Origin: Candidatus Methylomirabilales bacterium
GTDB lineage: Bacteria; Methylomirabilota; Methylomirabilia; Methylomirabilales; CSP1-5
DNA: 64,000 bases
NCBI GenBank assembly: GCA_046758505.1
Contig: JBHIAH010000005.1
Span: forward strand, 6,273-70,272
Direction of reading: 5' to 3'
The notes beneath the pieces were generated by a model. That model did not search any database. It was not told where the DNA came from and saw only the letters and a list, made by a program, of their open reading frames with translations. Each line of letters begins with the position of its first letter. The stretch's first letter is position 1. Positions 36,947 through 47,591 of this stretch are shown piece after piece. The position numbers were made by a program, and so were the translations under genes.

Positions 36947-37954
36947 TTACCGACCGCCCACGGCTTGTCGAACCTCCCGCACCGCCGCCACCATTGCACG
37001 GAGTTTCCCCTGCGCTTCCTCCACCGTCCGGGTTTTGAGCCCACAGTCGGGATCCACCCAGAGGGCCTCCGACCGTATCACCTGTAACGCCTTTTCGATC
37101 CGCTCTTTGACCATCGCCGGGGTCTCCACGGCATGGGAATGGACATCCAGCACCCCGAAGGAGAGGTCCTTGGTGAACGGGTCTTTCTCAAAGAGACTGA
37201 TGAGGTCCAACCCGCTGTTGGACATCTCCAGGTCGAAGTTCTCTACGGGAAGCTGGAGCATCTGAGGATAGATGAACTCGAAGGCCCCGTAGCAGATGTG
37301 GGTGATGAAGTAGGCCGGGATGTTATCGGTCGCAATGTGCATCGCCTCCAGGGCAAAGTCGAGCTCCTCCGGACGGACCGAGAGGGCCGGCTCATCAATC
37401 TGGATGATCTTGGCCCCCGCCTCGACCAGGGCCTCGACTTCCTTTCGGATCTCTCTGGCGAGGGCGAGACACGCGCTCTTTCGATCCGGGTAGTAATCGT
37501 TGAAGGACCAGTCCATGATCGTGTAGGGGCCCGTGAGCATGCCCTTGACCGGCTTCGCGGTGAGCCCCTGAGCGAACTTCCACCAGCTCACCGTGATGGG
37601 ACCGGGCCACTGCATCTCTCCAGCAATGATCGGCTTGTGGTAGTAGCGATTACCGTACGACCGGACCAGCCCGCCCATCTCGAAGCCAGGCATGACGTCG
37701 GCAAAATAAGCCACCATGTCCCCACGGTACTGCTCCCCGTCCACCAGGACATCCAGGCCGATTTCTTCCTGCTGCCCGATCCAGAATTCGGTTGCCCGCC
37801 GCTCGAGGGCGTCCAACTCCTTTCGGCTCATCTCCTTCCGGGCAAACTTCCCCCGCCCCTCCACAAGATAGTCCGGCTTGGGAAAGCTGCCAACCGTACT
37901 CGTGACAAAGAGCGGCAGGGCAAGCCCCAGCCGCTCCAGCTTGTCCCGGCTCAT
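36947..37954 (-). CDS. Cobalamin-independent methionine synthase, catalytic (C-terminal-type) half
   Basis: TVGSFPKP, VDGEQYRGDMV, KGMLTGPYT, QIDEPA, HICYG, PDCGLKTR Zn ligands. Confidence 0.88.
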   Translation of the reverse strand: MSRDKLERLGLALPLFVTSTVGSFPKPDYLVEGRGKFARKEMSRKELDALERRATEFWIGQQEEIGLDVLVDGEQYRGDMVAYFADVMPGFEMGGLVRSYGNRYYHKPIIAGEMQWPGPITVSWWKFAQGLTAKPVKGMLTGPYTIMDWSFNDYYPDRKSACLALAREIRKEVEALVEAGAKIIQIDEPALSVRPEELDFALEAMHIATDNIPAYFITHICYGAFEFIYPQMLQLPVENFDLEMSNSGLDLISLFEKDPFTKDLSFGVLDVHSHAVETPAMVKERIEKALQVIRSEALWVDPDCGLKTRTVEEAQGKLRAMVAAVREVRQAVGGR

Positions 37955-38943
37955 CTCTTTCCCCTTTGCAGAAAGTCATCTCTGCACTCCTTCATGAGCT
38001 GGAGTTTTGCCACGGCCTTCTCCCGTGGCAGATACTCGAGCCCACAGGAAGGATGCAGGTAGACGACGTCTCCCCCCGCACGCGGGAGGACCGTGTCCAG
38101 GATGCGGAAGATCTCTTCGGCGGTCTCCATCCGCGTGTTGCGACCGTCGATCACCCCGAGCCCCAGGCCCTTCTGCGAGCCCAGTGCGGCAATTTTTTCC
38201 GGGAGCCCGGGGGCATAGGTGAAGTCGAAGCCCAGGATCTGGACCGGGAGCTCCTGGAAGACCTCGTAGAGAGAGGTCGCATCGCCGAAATAGGTATAGA
38301 GCGCCAGCCGGGCCGTGCCCCTGGCCCGGCCCAGCGGTGTCAGGGCCTTGTGAAGGAGGGGCACGTCTCGTGGATGCTTCAGGATCGCCGGCTCTTCCAC
38401 CTGGATCACCTCGGCTCCCGCCGCGGCCAGCGCCCCGACCTCTTGCGCTAAGGCTTCACCGAGATCCATGACCAGGCTGTCCAACTCCCGGTACACCGGG
38501 GTCTCCCGGATGGAGGAGGCGGCGATCGTGTACGGACCGGTCAGGACCGGCTTGATCGGCCGGGACGAGGCCGCCTGGGCGAACCGATACTCCTCTACGA
38601 TCATCGATCCCGTCCGCGCGACCTTTCCCTTCATCACCGGCTGCCGGAAGTAGAAGTTCGTATCGAAATAGCGGAGAAGGCCGTTGATCTCCACGTGGGT
38701 GAGCTTTCCGGCCACGTGAGAGATGGGATCATACCAACGGATCTGGCCGTCGGTGATCAGCTCGCATCCTGCATGGGCCTGCTCCCCGATGACCTCCGTC
38801 ACCACGGAATCCTGGATCTGGTTGAAGGTGTCCGGTGAGATTTCCCCCCGCTCTCGCTGGGCATAGGCACGCCGGAGCCGCTGCTGCTCCCTGCCGCCTC
38901 CGACCCTGGGGTAGCTACTGTGGTTGGCCAGGACCAATTCCAT
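37951..38943 (-). CDS. MetE N-terminal-type half (split MetE partner)
   Basis: SYPRVG, TDGQIRWYD, RYFDTNFYFRQP, GVIDGRN, PSCGLEYLP; lacks HxC; overlaps the catalytic gene by ATGA. Confidence 0.82.
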   Translation of the reverse strand: MELVLANHSSYPRVGGGREQQRLRRAYAQRERGEISPDTFNQIQDSVVTEVIGEQAHAGCELITDGQIRWYDPISHVAGKLTHVEINGLLRYFDTNFYFRQPVMKGKVARTGSMIVEEYRFAQAASSRPIKPVLTGPYTIAASSIRETPVYRELDSLVMDLGEALAQEVGALAAAGAEVIQVEEPAILKHPRDVPLLHKALTPLGRARGTARLALYTYFGDATSLYEVFQELPVQILGFDFTYAPGLPEKIAALGSQKGLGLGVIDGRNTRMETAEEIFRILDTVLPRAGGDVVYLHPSCGLEYLPREKAVAKLQLMKECRDDFLQRGKR

Positions 38944-38957
38944 TGCCACTCCGTGGT

Positions 38958-39092
38958 GTCCAAAGTCCAACGTCCGATGTCTAGCCCTTCGAGCTCCTTC
39001 ACGGTTCATGGTTCACAGTTCACGGACCGTACAGGTTCAGACCCTGAACCATCAACTGTGAACTCCGCTAGCGGTCACCGGTCATCGGTCAA
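38958..39092. repeat. Intergenic heptamer-repeat arrays
   Basis: (GTCCAAA/GTCCGAT)x4, (GTTCACR)x4 ... (NTGAAC)x3, (CGGTCAN)x3. Confidence 0.8.
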
Positions 39093-39094
39093 CG

Positions 39095-39568
39095 TTACCC
39101 GATCTGTTGGACCGCTTGCTTGACCTCTTCGTAATTCGGCTCCTTCATAGGATCATCGGAGGTCCACTTATAGCGAATCACACCCCCGCTGTCCAGCACA
39201 AAGACCGCCCGCTTGGCTGCGGTGTACCCTTTCAGCCCCGCGAGGTCGGGAAGCTGGACATCATACGCGGTGATGACCTGCCGCGTATAGTCACTCAGGA
39301 GGGGAAAGGTGATCTGGTGCTGCTCCCCAAAGGCTTTATTGGCAAAGGGCGTATCCACGCTGATGCCCAGGACCGTTGCGCCAAGACTCCCGAGGTGGCT
39401 CAGGCTGTCCCGGAACGTGCACAACTCCTTGGTGCAGACACCGGTGAAGGCGGCGGGGTAAAAGGCCAGGATCAGCTTCTGCCCTTTAAACTCCGCGAGG
39501 GTTCGTGGCTTTCGCTCCGTATCCACGAGGGCAAATTCTGGGGCCTTTTGTCCGACGGCAATGGCCAT
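39095..39568 (-). CDS. Peroxiredoxin (AhpE/BCP-like)
   Basis: FYPAAFTGVCTKE, GISVD, LLSDY; AAGGAGG RBS. Confidence 0.9.
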   Translation of the reverse strand: MAIAVGQKAPEFALVDTERKPRTLAEFKGQKLILAFYPAAFTGVCTKELCTFRDSLSHLGSLGATVLGISVDTPFANKAFGEQHQITFPLLSDYTRQVITAYDVQLPDLAGLKGYTAAKRAVFVLDSGGVIRYKWTSDDPMKEPNYEEVKQAVQQIG

Positions 39569-39690
39569 CACGTCCTCCTTTCCTCGCACGTCGTCCGCAA
39601 TGCGCAGTTACTTGTGACAGGCACAAAACAGGCGCCCAAGGGATCCTTGGGCGCCAAGCCGGCGTGACAAAACCGAAGGTGGCGTCCCGA

Positions 39691-40712
<1,022 letters not shown>

Positions 40713-40716
<4 letters not shown>

Positions 40717-42602
40717 TCCTCCAAGAGTTCCCGCATCCTGTTCATGAGCTCGCCCACTTTAAAGGGCTGCCCCTGAATCTTGTTCATCCCTTTGGCATCC
40801 ACCAGGTACTCGGCCCGGATCACCCTCACGAGCTGGCCCATGTTCAACTCAGGGACCAGGATGGTCTCAAACCGACCCATGATCTGCTTGAGGTCGGGCG
40901 GGAGGGGATTCAGATACCGGAGATGGACATGGGAGACCGATTTCCCCTGCCCTCGCAGTCGATCGACCGCCTCCACGATGGCCCCATAGGTGCTCCCCCA
41001 CCCGATGACGAGGAGTTTTCCCGAGGGGTCACCCCGTACCTCGGTGGGGGGGATATCCGTAGCGACGCGGGCCACCTTCTCTGCCCGGAGCCGAACCATC
41101 TTCTCGTGATTGGCCGGATCGTAGCTCACATGGCCGGTGACGTCTTCCTTCTCCAGCCCGCCGACTCGGTGCTCGAGGCCGGGCGTCCCCGGCCGGACCC
41201 AAGCGCGGGCCAGGGTCTCCGGATCCCGGAGATAGGGCTGGAATCCCGTGGGGTCGGTCCGGAACTGGACCTCAACCTTGGGGAGCGTGCTCACCTCTGG
41301 GATTTTCCAGGGCTCGGCCCCGTTGCCCAGATAGCCGTCGGACAGGTAGAAGACCGGAACCATATACTTGGCGGCGAGCCTGACCGCCTCGAACGCCATG
41401 AAGAAGCAATCCCCGGGCGTGGCGGGAGCCAAGACGACCACGGGTGATTCACTGCTCCGCCCGTAAAGGACCATGAGCAGATCCGCCTGTTCCGTCTTCG
41501 TCGGCATGCCGGTCGAAGGCCCCGCCCGCTGGATATCCGCGATGATCAGCGGAAGCTCCACCATCACGGCCAGGTTAATCGTCTCTTGCTTGAGCAACAC
41601 CCCCGGGCCGCTTGTAGTGCAGATGCCGATGGCGCCTCCATACGCCGCCCCGAGGGCCGCCCCGACGGCGGCAATTTCATCCTCCGCCTGGAAGGTCAAG
41701 ACATGAAAGTTCTTGTAACTCGACAACTCGTGGAGGATATCGCTCGCCGGAGTAATCGGGTAACTTCCGAGGAAGAGCGGCACACCGGCGCGCTCGGCTG
41801 CTGCGACGAAGCCCATGGCGGTCGCCATGTTTCCGGTCATGTTCCGGTATTTGCCGGGGGCTAACCGGGCGGGCTTGACCGCGTACTGCACGGCGAACAT
41901 CTCGGCCGTCTCTCCGAAGTGGTACCCGGCCTTGAGGGCTCGCATGTTCGCCTCGATCAACTCCGGGGTCTTCTTGAACCGATTCTCGATCCAGCGGATT
42001 GTCGGCTCGATGGGCCGGGTGAACAACCACGAGGTCAGGCCCAGGGCAAAGAAGTTCTTACAGCGCGTCGCGACCTTCGTGTTGAGGGTCAACCCCTCCA
42101 GAGCCCGGAGCGTCATCTGCGTGATGTCCATGGGGAAGACCTGGTACTGCGCCAGAGAGCCGTCCTCCAGAGGATTCGTGACGTACCCGGCCTTTTTGAG
42201 ATTATTCTCGGTAAACTCCGCCGTATCGGCGATGATAATTCCGCCCGACTTCAAATCCCGGATATTTACCTTCAGGGCCGCTGGGTTCATCACCACCAGG
42301 ACGTCGGGGTTGTCTCCCGGCGTATAAATGTCGTGGCTGCTGAAATTGATTTGAAAGCCACTGACCCCGAAGAGGGTTCCGGTGGGGGCCCGGATTTCCG
42401 CGGGGAAATCAGGGAGCGTCGCGAGGTCGGTCCCCGCCAGGGCCGTCTCGTTGGTGAACTGCATCCCGGCGAGCTGCATCCCGTCGCCGGAGTCCCCGGC
42501 AAACCGGATCACCACCTCTTCCAACTCTTTGTGCCCCTTCTCCGCGTGTGGCCGGGGTGGGCTCTCGGCACGTGTGGTCATTGTTTTCTCCTCACTCATC
42601 AC
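40713..42602 (-). CDS. korA: 2-oxoacid:ferredoxin oxidoreductase alpha subunit
   Basis: FAGDSGDGMQ, PAEIRAP, YPITPAS, QAEDEIAA, TSGPG. Confidence 0.92.
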
Positions 42603-42660
42603 ACCCTTTCGGGGCGTCGAACTGCCCCCTCACCCTAACGTCCTTGCGCCACCCACCACG

Positions 42661-43206
42661 TCACGTGGCCTTGCGGCGCCAGGGCAGGCTCACCAAATCC
42701 TCCGTCCGATGACGCTCCCGTGCTATCTTCTGCTGCAGGAGCATAATCCCGTGGATTAGTTGTTCGGGGCGCGGGGGGCAGCCGGGAACGTAGACGTCCA
42801 CCGGCACGATCTTGTCGACCCCCTGCACGATGGCATAGTCGTTGAAGATCCCGCCACAGGAGGCGCAGGCCCCCATGGCGATCACCCATTTCGGTTCAGG
42901 CATCTGATCGTAGATCCGCCTGAGGACGGGAGCCATCTTCTTGCTGACCCGCCCGGACACAATCATGAGGTCCGCCTGGCGCGGCGAGGCGCGAAAGACC
43001 TCCGCACCGAATCGGGCAAGGTCAAACCGAGAGGCGGCCGTCGCCATCATCTCGATGGCACAACAGGCCAGGCCAAAGGTAGCCGGCCAAAGCGACGAAC
43101 TGCGCGCCCAGTTCAGCATCCGCTCAAAGGTCGTGAGGAGAAGCCCGCGCTCGACCTCTTCCTCAATGGCCCGATGCTGCTCCCCATCGAGCAGCTCTAC
43201 TTTCAC
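42661..43206 (-). CDS. nuoB: NADH-quinone oxidoreductase subunit B (stand-alone)
   Basis: [34 protein letters not shown]. Confidence 0.92.
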   Translation of the reverse strand: MKVELLDGEQHRAIEEEVERGLLLTTFERMLNWARSSSLWPATFGLACCAIEMMATAASRFDLARFGAEVFRASPRQADLMIVSGRVSKKMAPVLRRIYDQMPEPKWVIAMGACASCGGIFNDYAIVQGVDKIVPVDVYVPGCPPRPEQLIHGIMLLQQKIARERHRTEDLVSLPWRRKAT

Positions 43207-43270
43207 TGGGATCCCTCCCTTGTTGCCTCCGGTGCCCCGGTCCGTGAAATAGCAGCGCGTCCGAAGAGCC

Positions 43271-43591
43271 CTAGGCCTGGAATGACTGCCCGCAGCCGCA
43301 GGAGCCCGTGGCGTTCGGGTTCTTGATGGCGAAGCCGGCCCCGGTCAGCCCATCGTGAAAGTCGATCTCTGCGCCGGTGAGGAAGAGCAGACTCTTGGGG
43401 TCGATGACCACCTTGACCCCCTCCTGCTCGATGACCTGGTCACCCTCCCGGGGGCTGTCAAAGGCCATCTGATACTGGTAGCCGGAGCAGCCGCCTCCCA
43501 TCACCCGGACGCGCAGCCCCTGCCCCTCGATCCCGTCCTGCGCCATCAGGTCTTTCAGCTTTGCTGCGGCCTTCGCTGTTACCGTGACCAT
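43271..43591 (-). CDS. A-type Fe-S carrier (IscA/ErpA/HesB family)
   Basis: [20 protein letters not shown]. Confidence 0.92.
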   Translation of the reverse strand: MVTVTAKAAAKLKDLMAQDGIEGQGLRVRVMGGGCSGYQYQMAFDSPREGDQVIEQEGVKVVIDPKSLLFLTGAEIDFHDGLTGAGFAIKNPNATGSCGCGQSFQA

Positions 43592-43643
43592 AGTCTTTCT
43601 GACCTCCTTCATGCCTGAATGTGATAGTTCTTCCTGCCTGGCG

Positions 43644-44882
43644 TTACCTCGCGGCGTCCCGGGCACTCCCGGTGTGTACCCTCTCGCCCGGCGGGCCGCT
43701 CGACTTGGCTCGCGGCGGACCGCTCCACATGGCTCGAAGTCTCCCCACGCGCTCTGCCAACTTCTCGATCGTGAAATCGACCTCTTCTTCTGTGCTCCAC
43801 CGCCCAAGGCCAAACCGGATACTGCTCCTGGCCAGCGCGTCGTCTACCCCCAGGGCCCGCAGGACGTAGGAAGGCTCCATGCTGGTCGAGGTGCAGGCCG
43901 AACCCGATGACACGGCCACATCCTTCATGCTAAGGAGCAGGGCCTCGCCCTCCACCCGGGCAAAGCTCAGGTTCAGATTCCCGGGCAGACGCCGCTCCGG
44001 ATGTCCGTTGAGATGGACACCATCGATCCGGCGAACAATCCCTTCCTTCAAGCGCTCCCGCAGCGTCGTCAGCCGCCTGCCCTCCTCCGCCATCACCCGC
44101 GAGGCGACCTCACAGGCCTGTCCAAAGCCCACGATCCCCGGGACGTTCTGCGTCCCCGAACGCCGCCCTCGTTCCTGGCCCCCGCCGTCCTGGAGGGGGA
44201 TGAGCTTGACCGCCGGACGGGTCATCCGGACATACAGTCCCCCCACCCCTTTGGGGCCATACAGCTTATGGGCGGAGAAGGAGAGGAAATCCGCGTGCAC
44301 CTCATCGACCCTCAACGGGATCTTGCCGAGGGCCTGCGCCGCATCGGAGTGAAACAGGACCCCCCGGGCCCTGCAGATGCGACCGATCTCGGCGAGGGGC
44401 TGGATGGTCCCGATCTCGTTATGCGCAGCGATCACGCTCACCAGGATCGTTCGGTCGGTGATCGCCTCCTCGACCTGCAAGGGGTCCGCGAGCCCCGTCC
44501 GGTCCACCGGCAGATAGGTAACGTCAAATCCTTCCTTCTCCAGGCGGTGACAGGCATCCAGGACCGCGTGATGCTCGATCGCCGTCGTGATAATGTGGTT
44601 CCCTCGATCGCGGGAGGCCCAGGCAACCCCCTTCAACGCCAGATTATTCGACTCGGTGGCCCCGGACGTGAAAACGACCTCCATCGGCTTGCACGCGATG
44701 AGCTGGCCGAGTTGCTCCCTCGCCTTTTCGACGGCCGACTCGGCCGTCCAACCGAAGACGTGAGTCCGCGAAGAGGGATTGCCAAAGCGCTCCCCAAAAT
44801 AGGGAAGCATCGCCTCCAAGACCTCGGCATCCACCGGGGTCGTGGCGTGGTAATCCATGTAAATTGGAAGCCTTACACCCAT
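43644..44882 (-). CDS. iscS: Cysteine desulfurase
   Basis: YMDYHATTP, FGNPSS, SAHKLYGPKG, SSGSACTS. Confidence 0.93.
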   Translation of the reverse strand: MGVRLPIYMDYHATTPVDAEVLEAMLPYFGERFGNPSSRTHVFGWTAESAVEKAREQLGQLIACKPMEVVFTSGATESNNLALKGVAWASRDRGNHIITTAIEHHAVLDACHRLEKEGFDVTYLPVDRTGLADPLQVEEAITDRTILVSVIAAHNEIGTIQPLAEIGRICRARGVLFHSDAAQALGKIPLRVDEVHADFLSFSAHKLYGPKGVGGLYVRMTRPAVKLIPLQDGGGQERGRRSGTQNVPGIVGFGQACEVASRVMAEEGRRLTTLRERLKEGIVRRIDGVHLNGHPERRLPGNLNLSFARVEGEALLLSMKDVAVSSGSACTSTSMEPSYVLRALGVDDALARSSIRFGLGRWSTEEEVDFTIEKLAERVGRLRAMWSGPPRAKSSGPPGERVHTGSARDAAR

Positions 44883-44934
44883 TTACTGCCTTTCGTGGGG
44901 GTTAACGGCAGGCCCTCTGGCACTCTTATTTCAC

Positions 44935-44963
44935 ATTATAAGAAAAGGTGCAGCCTGTGTCAA
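44935..44963 (-). promoter_or_regulatory. Consensus sigma70 promoter for iscS and downstream genes
   Basis: Perfect TTGACA-N17-TATAAT on the minus strand. Confidence 0.75.
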
Positions 44964-44985
44964 GGCAATTGGGTCTGCTTCCTCC

Positions 44986-46104
44986 TTATATTTCCAAGAG
45001 TTTAGGAAACTTCGTCAGATTTCGACAGCCGGTTTCCGTCACCACCACGACATCCTCGACCCGCACCCCGCCTTCCCCCGGATAGTAGAGGCCGGGCTCG
45101 ACGGTCACCACATTTCCGGTCCGCAGCACCGCTCCCCGTTTTCCAATCCGCGGGGGCTCGTGGATCTCGAGCCCCAAGCCATGCCCCGTTCCGTGAAAAA
45201 AGCCTTGCATCCGTCCATCCACCTCGCCGGTGGGGAACCCCAAGCGTTCGAAGACCGCCGCCACCTCCCGGTGGATTGCGGCCCCATCGGCCCCATCCCG
45301 GATCAGGGCAACCGCCCGCTCCTGGGCCTGAAGCACCGCCTCATGCATCCGCCTCACCCGGACAGAGGCGTGTCCCCTGACGACCGTCCGGGTGATGTCG
45401 GCGAAGTAGCGGGTCCGGCTCGAGCGGGGAAAAATATCAATGACGATGGGCTGATGGGCCCTCAGGGGTCCCGTGCCGATCTGATGCGGGTCACTCCCCT
45501 GCTCGCCGCCGGCCACAATCGTATGTTCAGCCATGCAGTCACGGTCGAGGAGCGCATGGTGAATCAGCCTTCTCACCCTTTCCGCCGTGAGGCGCTCACC
45601 CGCGCGATACAGCTCGTCTCCCCGGATTTCGGCCTCGCGGATCGCCTGAACGGCCATGTCCAGTGCTCCTTCAGTGCACCGCAGCGCCTCGGCAATCCAC
45701 CCGACCTCGGCCTCAGACTTGATGAGGCGAGCTTCAAAAAATGTCTCCTCCTTTACCCGGACATGAAACCCCTTGACCCGTAGCTTGTCCGCGTACTCCG
45801 CAGGAAAGCTCCCCGGGACCAGGAGGTGCTGGACCCTCCGCTCCCTGAGTGCCTCATCGACCGCATCGAGCACGGTCGGTTGCATGCCGCGGTCCTTTGC
45901 CCGGTCTTCATACTGTTGCAGCGGGAGGATCGTTTCGACGGCGGCTTGGCTCCTGGCTCGGCCCAGCTCCAAGTCGCTCACCATGATGACCCGTTCCCCC
46001 CCCACCTGAAAGAAGGGGAACGGATCGGGGGCCAGGAAGCGGGTGGCGTAGTACAGGTCGGCATCCCGCTCACTGGCCGCAATGATGAGAAGCGCTTCGC
46101 TCAT
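44986..46104 (-). CDS. Xaa-Pro aminopeptidase (M24B)
   Basis: DIFP..YFADITRT, HGTGHGLGLEIHE, EPGLY, RVED. Confidence 0.9.
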   Translation of the reverse strand: MSEALLIIAASERDADLYYATRFLAPDPFPFFQVGGERVIMVSDLELGRARSQAAVETILPLQQYEDRAKDRGMQPTVLDAVDEALRERRVQHLLVPGSFPAEYADKLRVKGFHVRVKEETFFEARLIKSEAEVGWIAEALRCTEGALDMAVQAIREAEIRGDELYRAGERLTAERVRRLIHHALLDRDCMAEHTIVAGGEQGSDPHQIGTGPLRAHQPIVIDIFPRSSRTRYFADITRTVVRGHASVRVRRMHEAVLQAQERAVALIRDGADGAAIHREVAAVFERLGFPTGEVDGRMQGFFHGTGHGLGLEIHEPPRIGKRGAVLRTGNVVTVEPGLYYPGEGGVRVEDVVVVTETGCRNLTKFPKLLEI

Positions 46105-46110
46105 AGCTCG

Positions 46111-46170
46111 CTACCGTTGACCGACAACCGATGACCGCCACCGGAGTTCACGGTCCGATGTCCGATGTCA
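46111..46170. repeat. Heptamer-repeat arrays (left flank of the structured element)
   Basis: TTGACCG ACAACCG ATGACCG; GTTCACG GTCCGAT GTCCGAT. Confidence 0.75.
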
Positions 46171-46171
46171 C

Positions 46172-46369
46172 CAAGAGCGAGGAGGGGATTCCTTCCGAGG
46201 GCGGCGACATCTGGCTTGCATCGGGCCGGGGTCCCGCCGCCGGAGCGCAGCGTAGGCGGGGGTGGCCCGCCTCGGCAACCTACAACGCCTCAGCATGCGT
46301 ACCGTTGCCTCGGCGCATCACGTCCTCGGAGAATTTGACGCCGCCGAGGAAGGTCCCTCCCAGCTCTTG
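46172..46369. repeat. ~200-nt structured dispersed element, copy 1
   Basis: Long outer stem CAAGAGC/GCTCTTG, GGAGGG/CCCTCC, CCTTCC/GGAAGG, GGCGGCG/CGCCGCC; 57-nt core 52/57 identical to 59313-59369. Confidence 0.8.
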
Positions 46370-46374
46370 CTTTA

Positions 46375-46436
46375 CGGTCATCGGTCATCGGTCATCGACT
46401 TCCCGACATCGGACGTCGCACTCCGGACATCGGGCC
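46375..46436. repeat. Heptamer-repeat arrays (right flank; overlap the 3' end of the FAD oxidoreductase gene)
   Basis: (CGGTCAT)x3; ATCGGAC GTCGCAC TCCGGAC ATCGGGC. Confidence 0.75.
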
Positions 46437-47589
46437 CCATCACGCCATGCATCACCAGCGGTTCCTCAATCAGCCGCCCCTCCTGGAATCTCCGGGGCGA
46501 GAGAGGGGCGATGTCGATTCCGGTAGTCTGACCGTTCAGGATCAGCTCGGCCATCAGCTTTCCGGCCACCGGGCCGTGCATAAAGCCGTGGCCACTGAAG
46601 CCGCACGCCAAGTAAAACCCCCGCACCTCGCTCTCGCCCAGGATCGGATGGTTATCGGGGGAGATGTCATAGAGACCCGCCCACCCCCGCACGATCTCCA
46701 CGTCGGCGAGTGCCGGGAGCCGGTGGACGGCCCTCGCCCGGACCTCCGGCACCATCTCCCAGTCTACCGCCGTGTTGAAACTTGACTCCCGATCGGTCCG
46801 CGCGGGGATCAGAGCCCCTCCCTCTTCCGGCCGGAAGTACCAGTCCCGATGCACGTCGATCGTCACCGGGACCTCCCGTGCGAGCTCGGGTACCGGAGCG
46901 CTCACGAAAAGCTGCCGCCTCCACGGAGTGACCGGCACCATTGCTCCCGCCATCCGCCCGACGGCACCGGCATAGGGTCCGCCGGCATTGACCACCACCG
47001 GCGCCGCAATCGCCCCGTCGCCAGTCTCGACCCCCAGCACCCGGCCCCCCCGAACGCGCACCCCGGTGACCTCACACCGCTCACGCAGCCGGACCCCGAG
47101 GCCGGCCGCCCGCTCCGCATAGCCCCAAACCACCTGAAGGGGAGACGCGTATCCGTCTCCCGGGGAATAGGTCCCCTCCAAGAGATCATCGACCCGGAGG
47201 CACGGTGCAAGGCGCCCGATCTCGACGGGCCGCAGGACCTCCACGGAAACCCCGAGACGCCTCTGCAGTTCCACCGCCTTCCGAAACCGCGTCCGCTCCT
47301 CCTCGGTGCTCTGCAGGAAGAGATACCCGATTTCCCGGAAGTCGGGATCCCACCCCGTTTCCTCCCGGAAGGCCTGGAACATCTTGACGCTTTCGATCGA
47401 GAGTTGGATGTGGATCTCGGTGAGGAACTGGCGCCGGATCCCCCCAGCCGACCGGCCGGTGGAGCCGCCCCCCAGGTGTCCCTGCTCGAGAAGAACGACC
47501 TTGAGACGAGAACTCCGCGCCAGATGATAGGCGATGCTACAGCCGACGATGCCACCCCCGATGATGCAGACGTCCACTCGATCCGGCAC
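46378..47589 (-). CDS. FAD-dependent oxidoreductase (sarcosine oxidase beta/DadA family)
   Basis: IIGGGIVG, STGRSAG, WAGLY...PD..PILG, GFSGHGF. Confidence 0.88.
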   Translation of the reverse strand: MPDRVDVCIIGGGIVGCSIAYHLARSSRLKVVLLEQGHLGGGSTGRSAGGIRRQFLTEIHIQLSIESVKMFQAFREETGWDPDFREIGYLFLQSTEEERTRFRKAVELQRRLGVSVEVLRPVEIGRLAPCLRVDDLLEGTYSPGDGYASPLQVVWGYAERAAGLGVRLRERCEVTGVRVRGGRVLGVETGDGAIAAPVVVNAGGPYAGAVGRMAGAMVPVTPWRRQLFVSAPVPELAREVPVTIDVHRDWYFRPEEGGALIPARTDRESSFNTAVDWEMVPEVRARAVHRLPALADVEIVRGWAGLYDISPDNHPILGESEVRGFYLACGFSGHGFMHGPVAGKLMAELILNGQTTGIDIAPLSPRRFQEGRLIEEPLVMHGVMGPDVRSATSDVGKSMTDDR

Positions 47590-47591
47590 GG

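Noticed and set aside
38958..39092. Repeat arrays considered as CRISPR
   Set aside because: 7-nt degenerate tandem units, no 23-47-nt repeats with unique spacers, no cas genes
38944..39095. SAM or cobalamin riboswitch upstream of split metE
   Set aside because: The gap is filled by heptamer repeats; no riboswitch consensus seen
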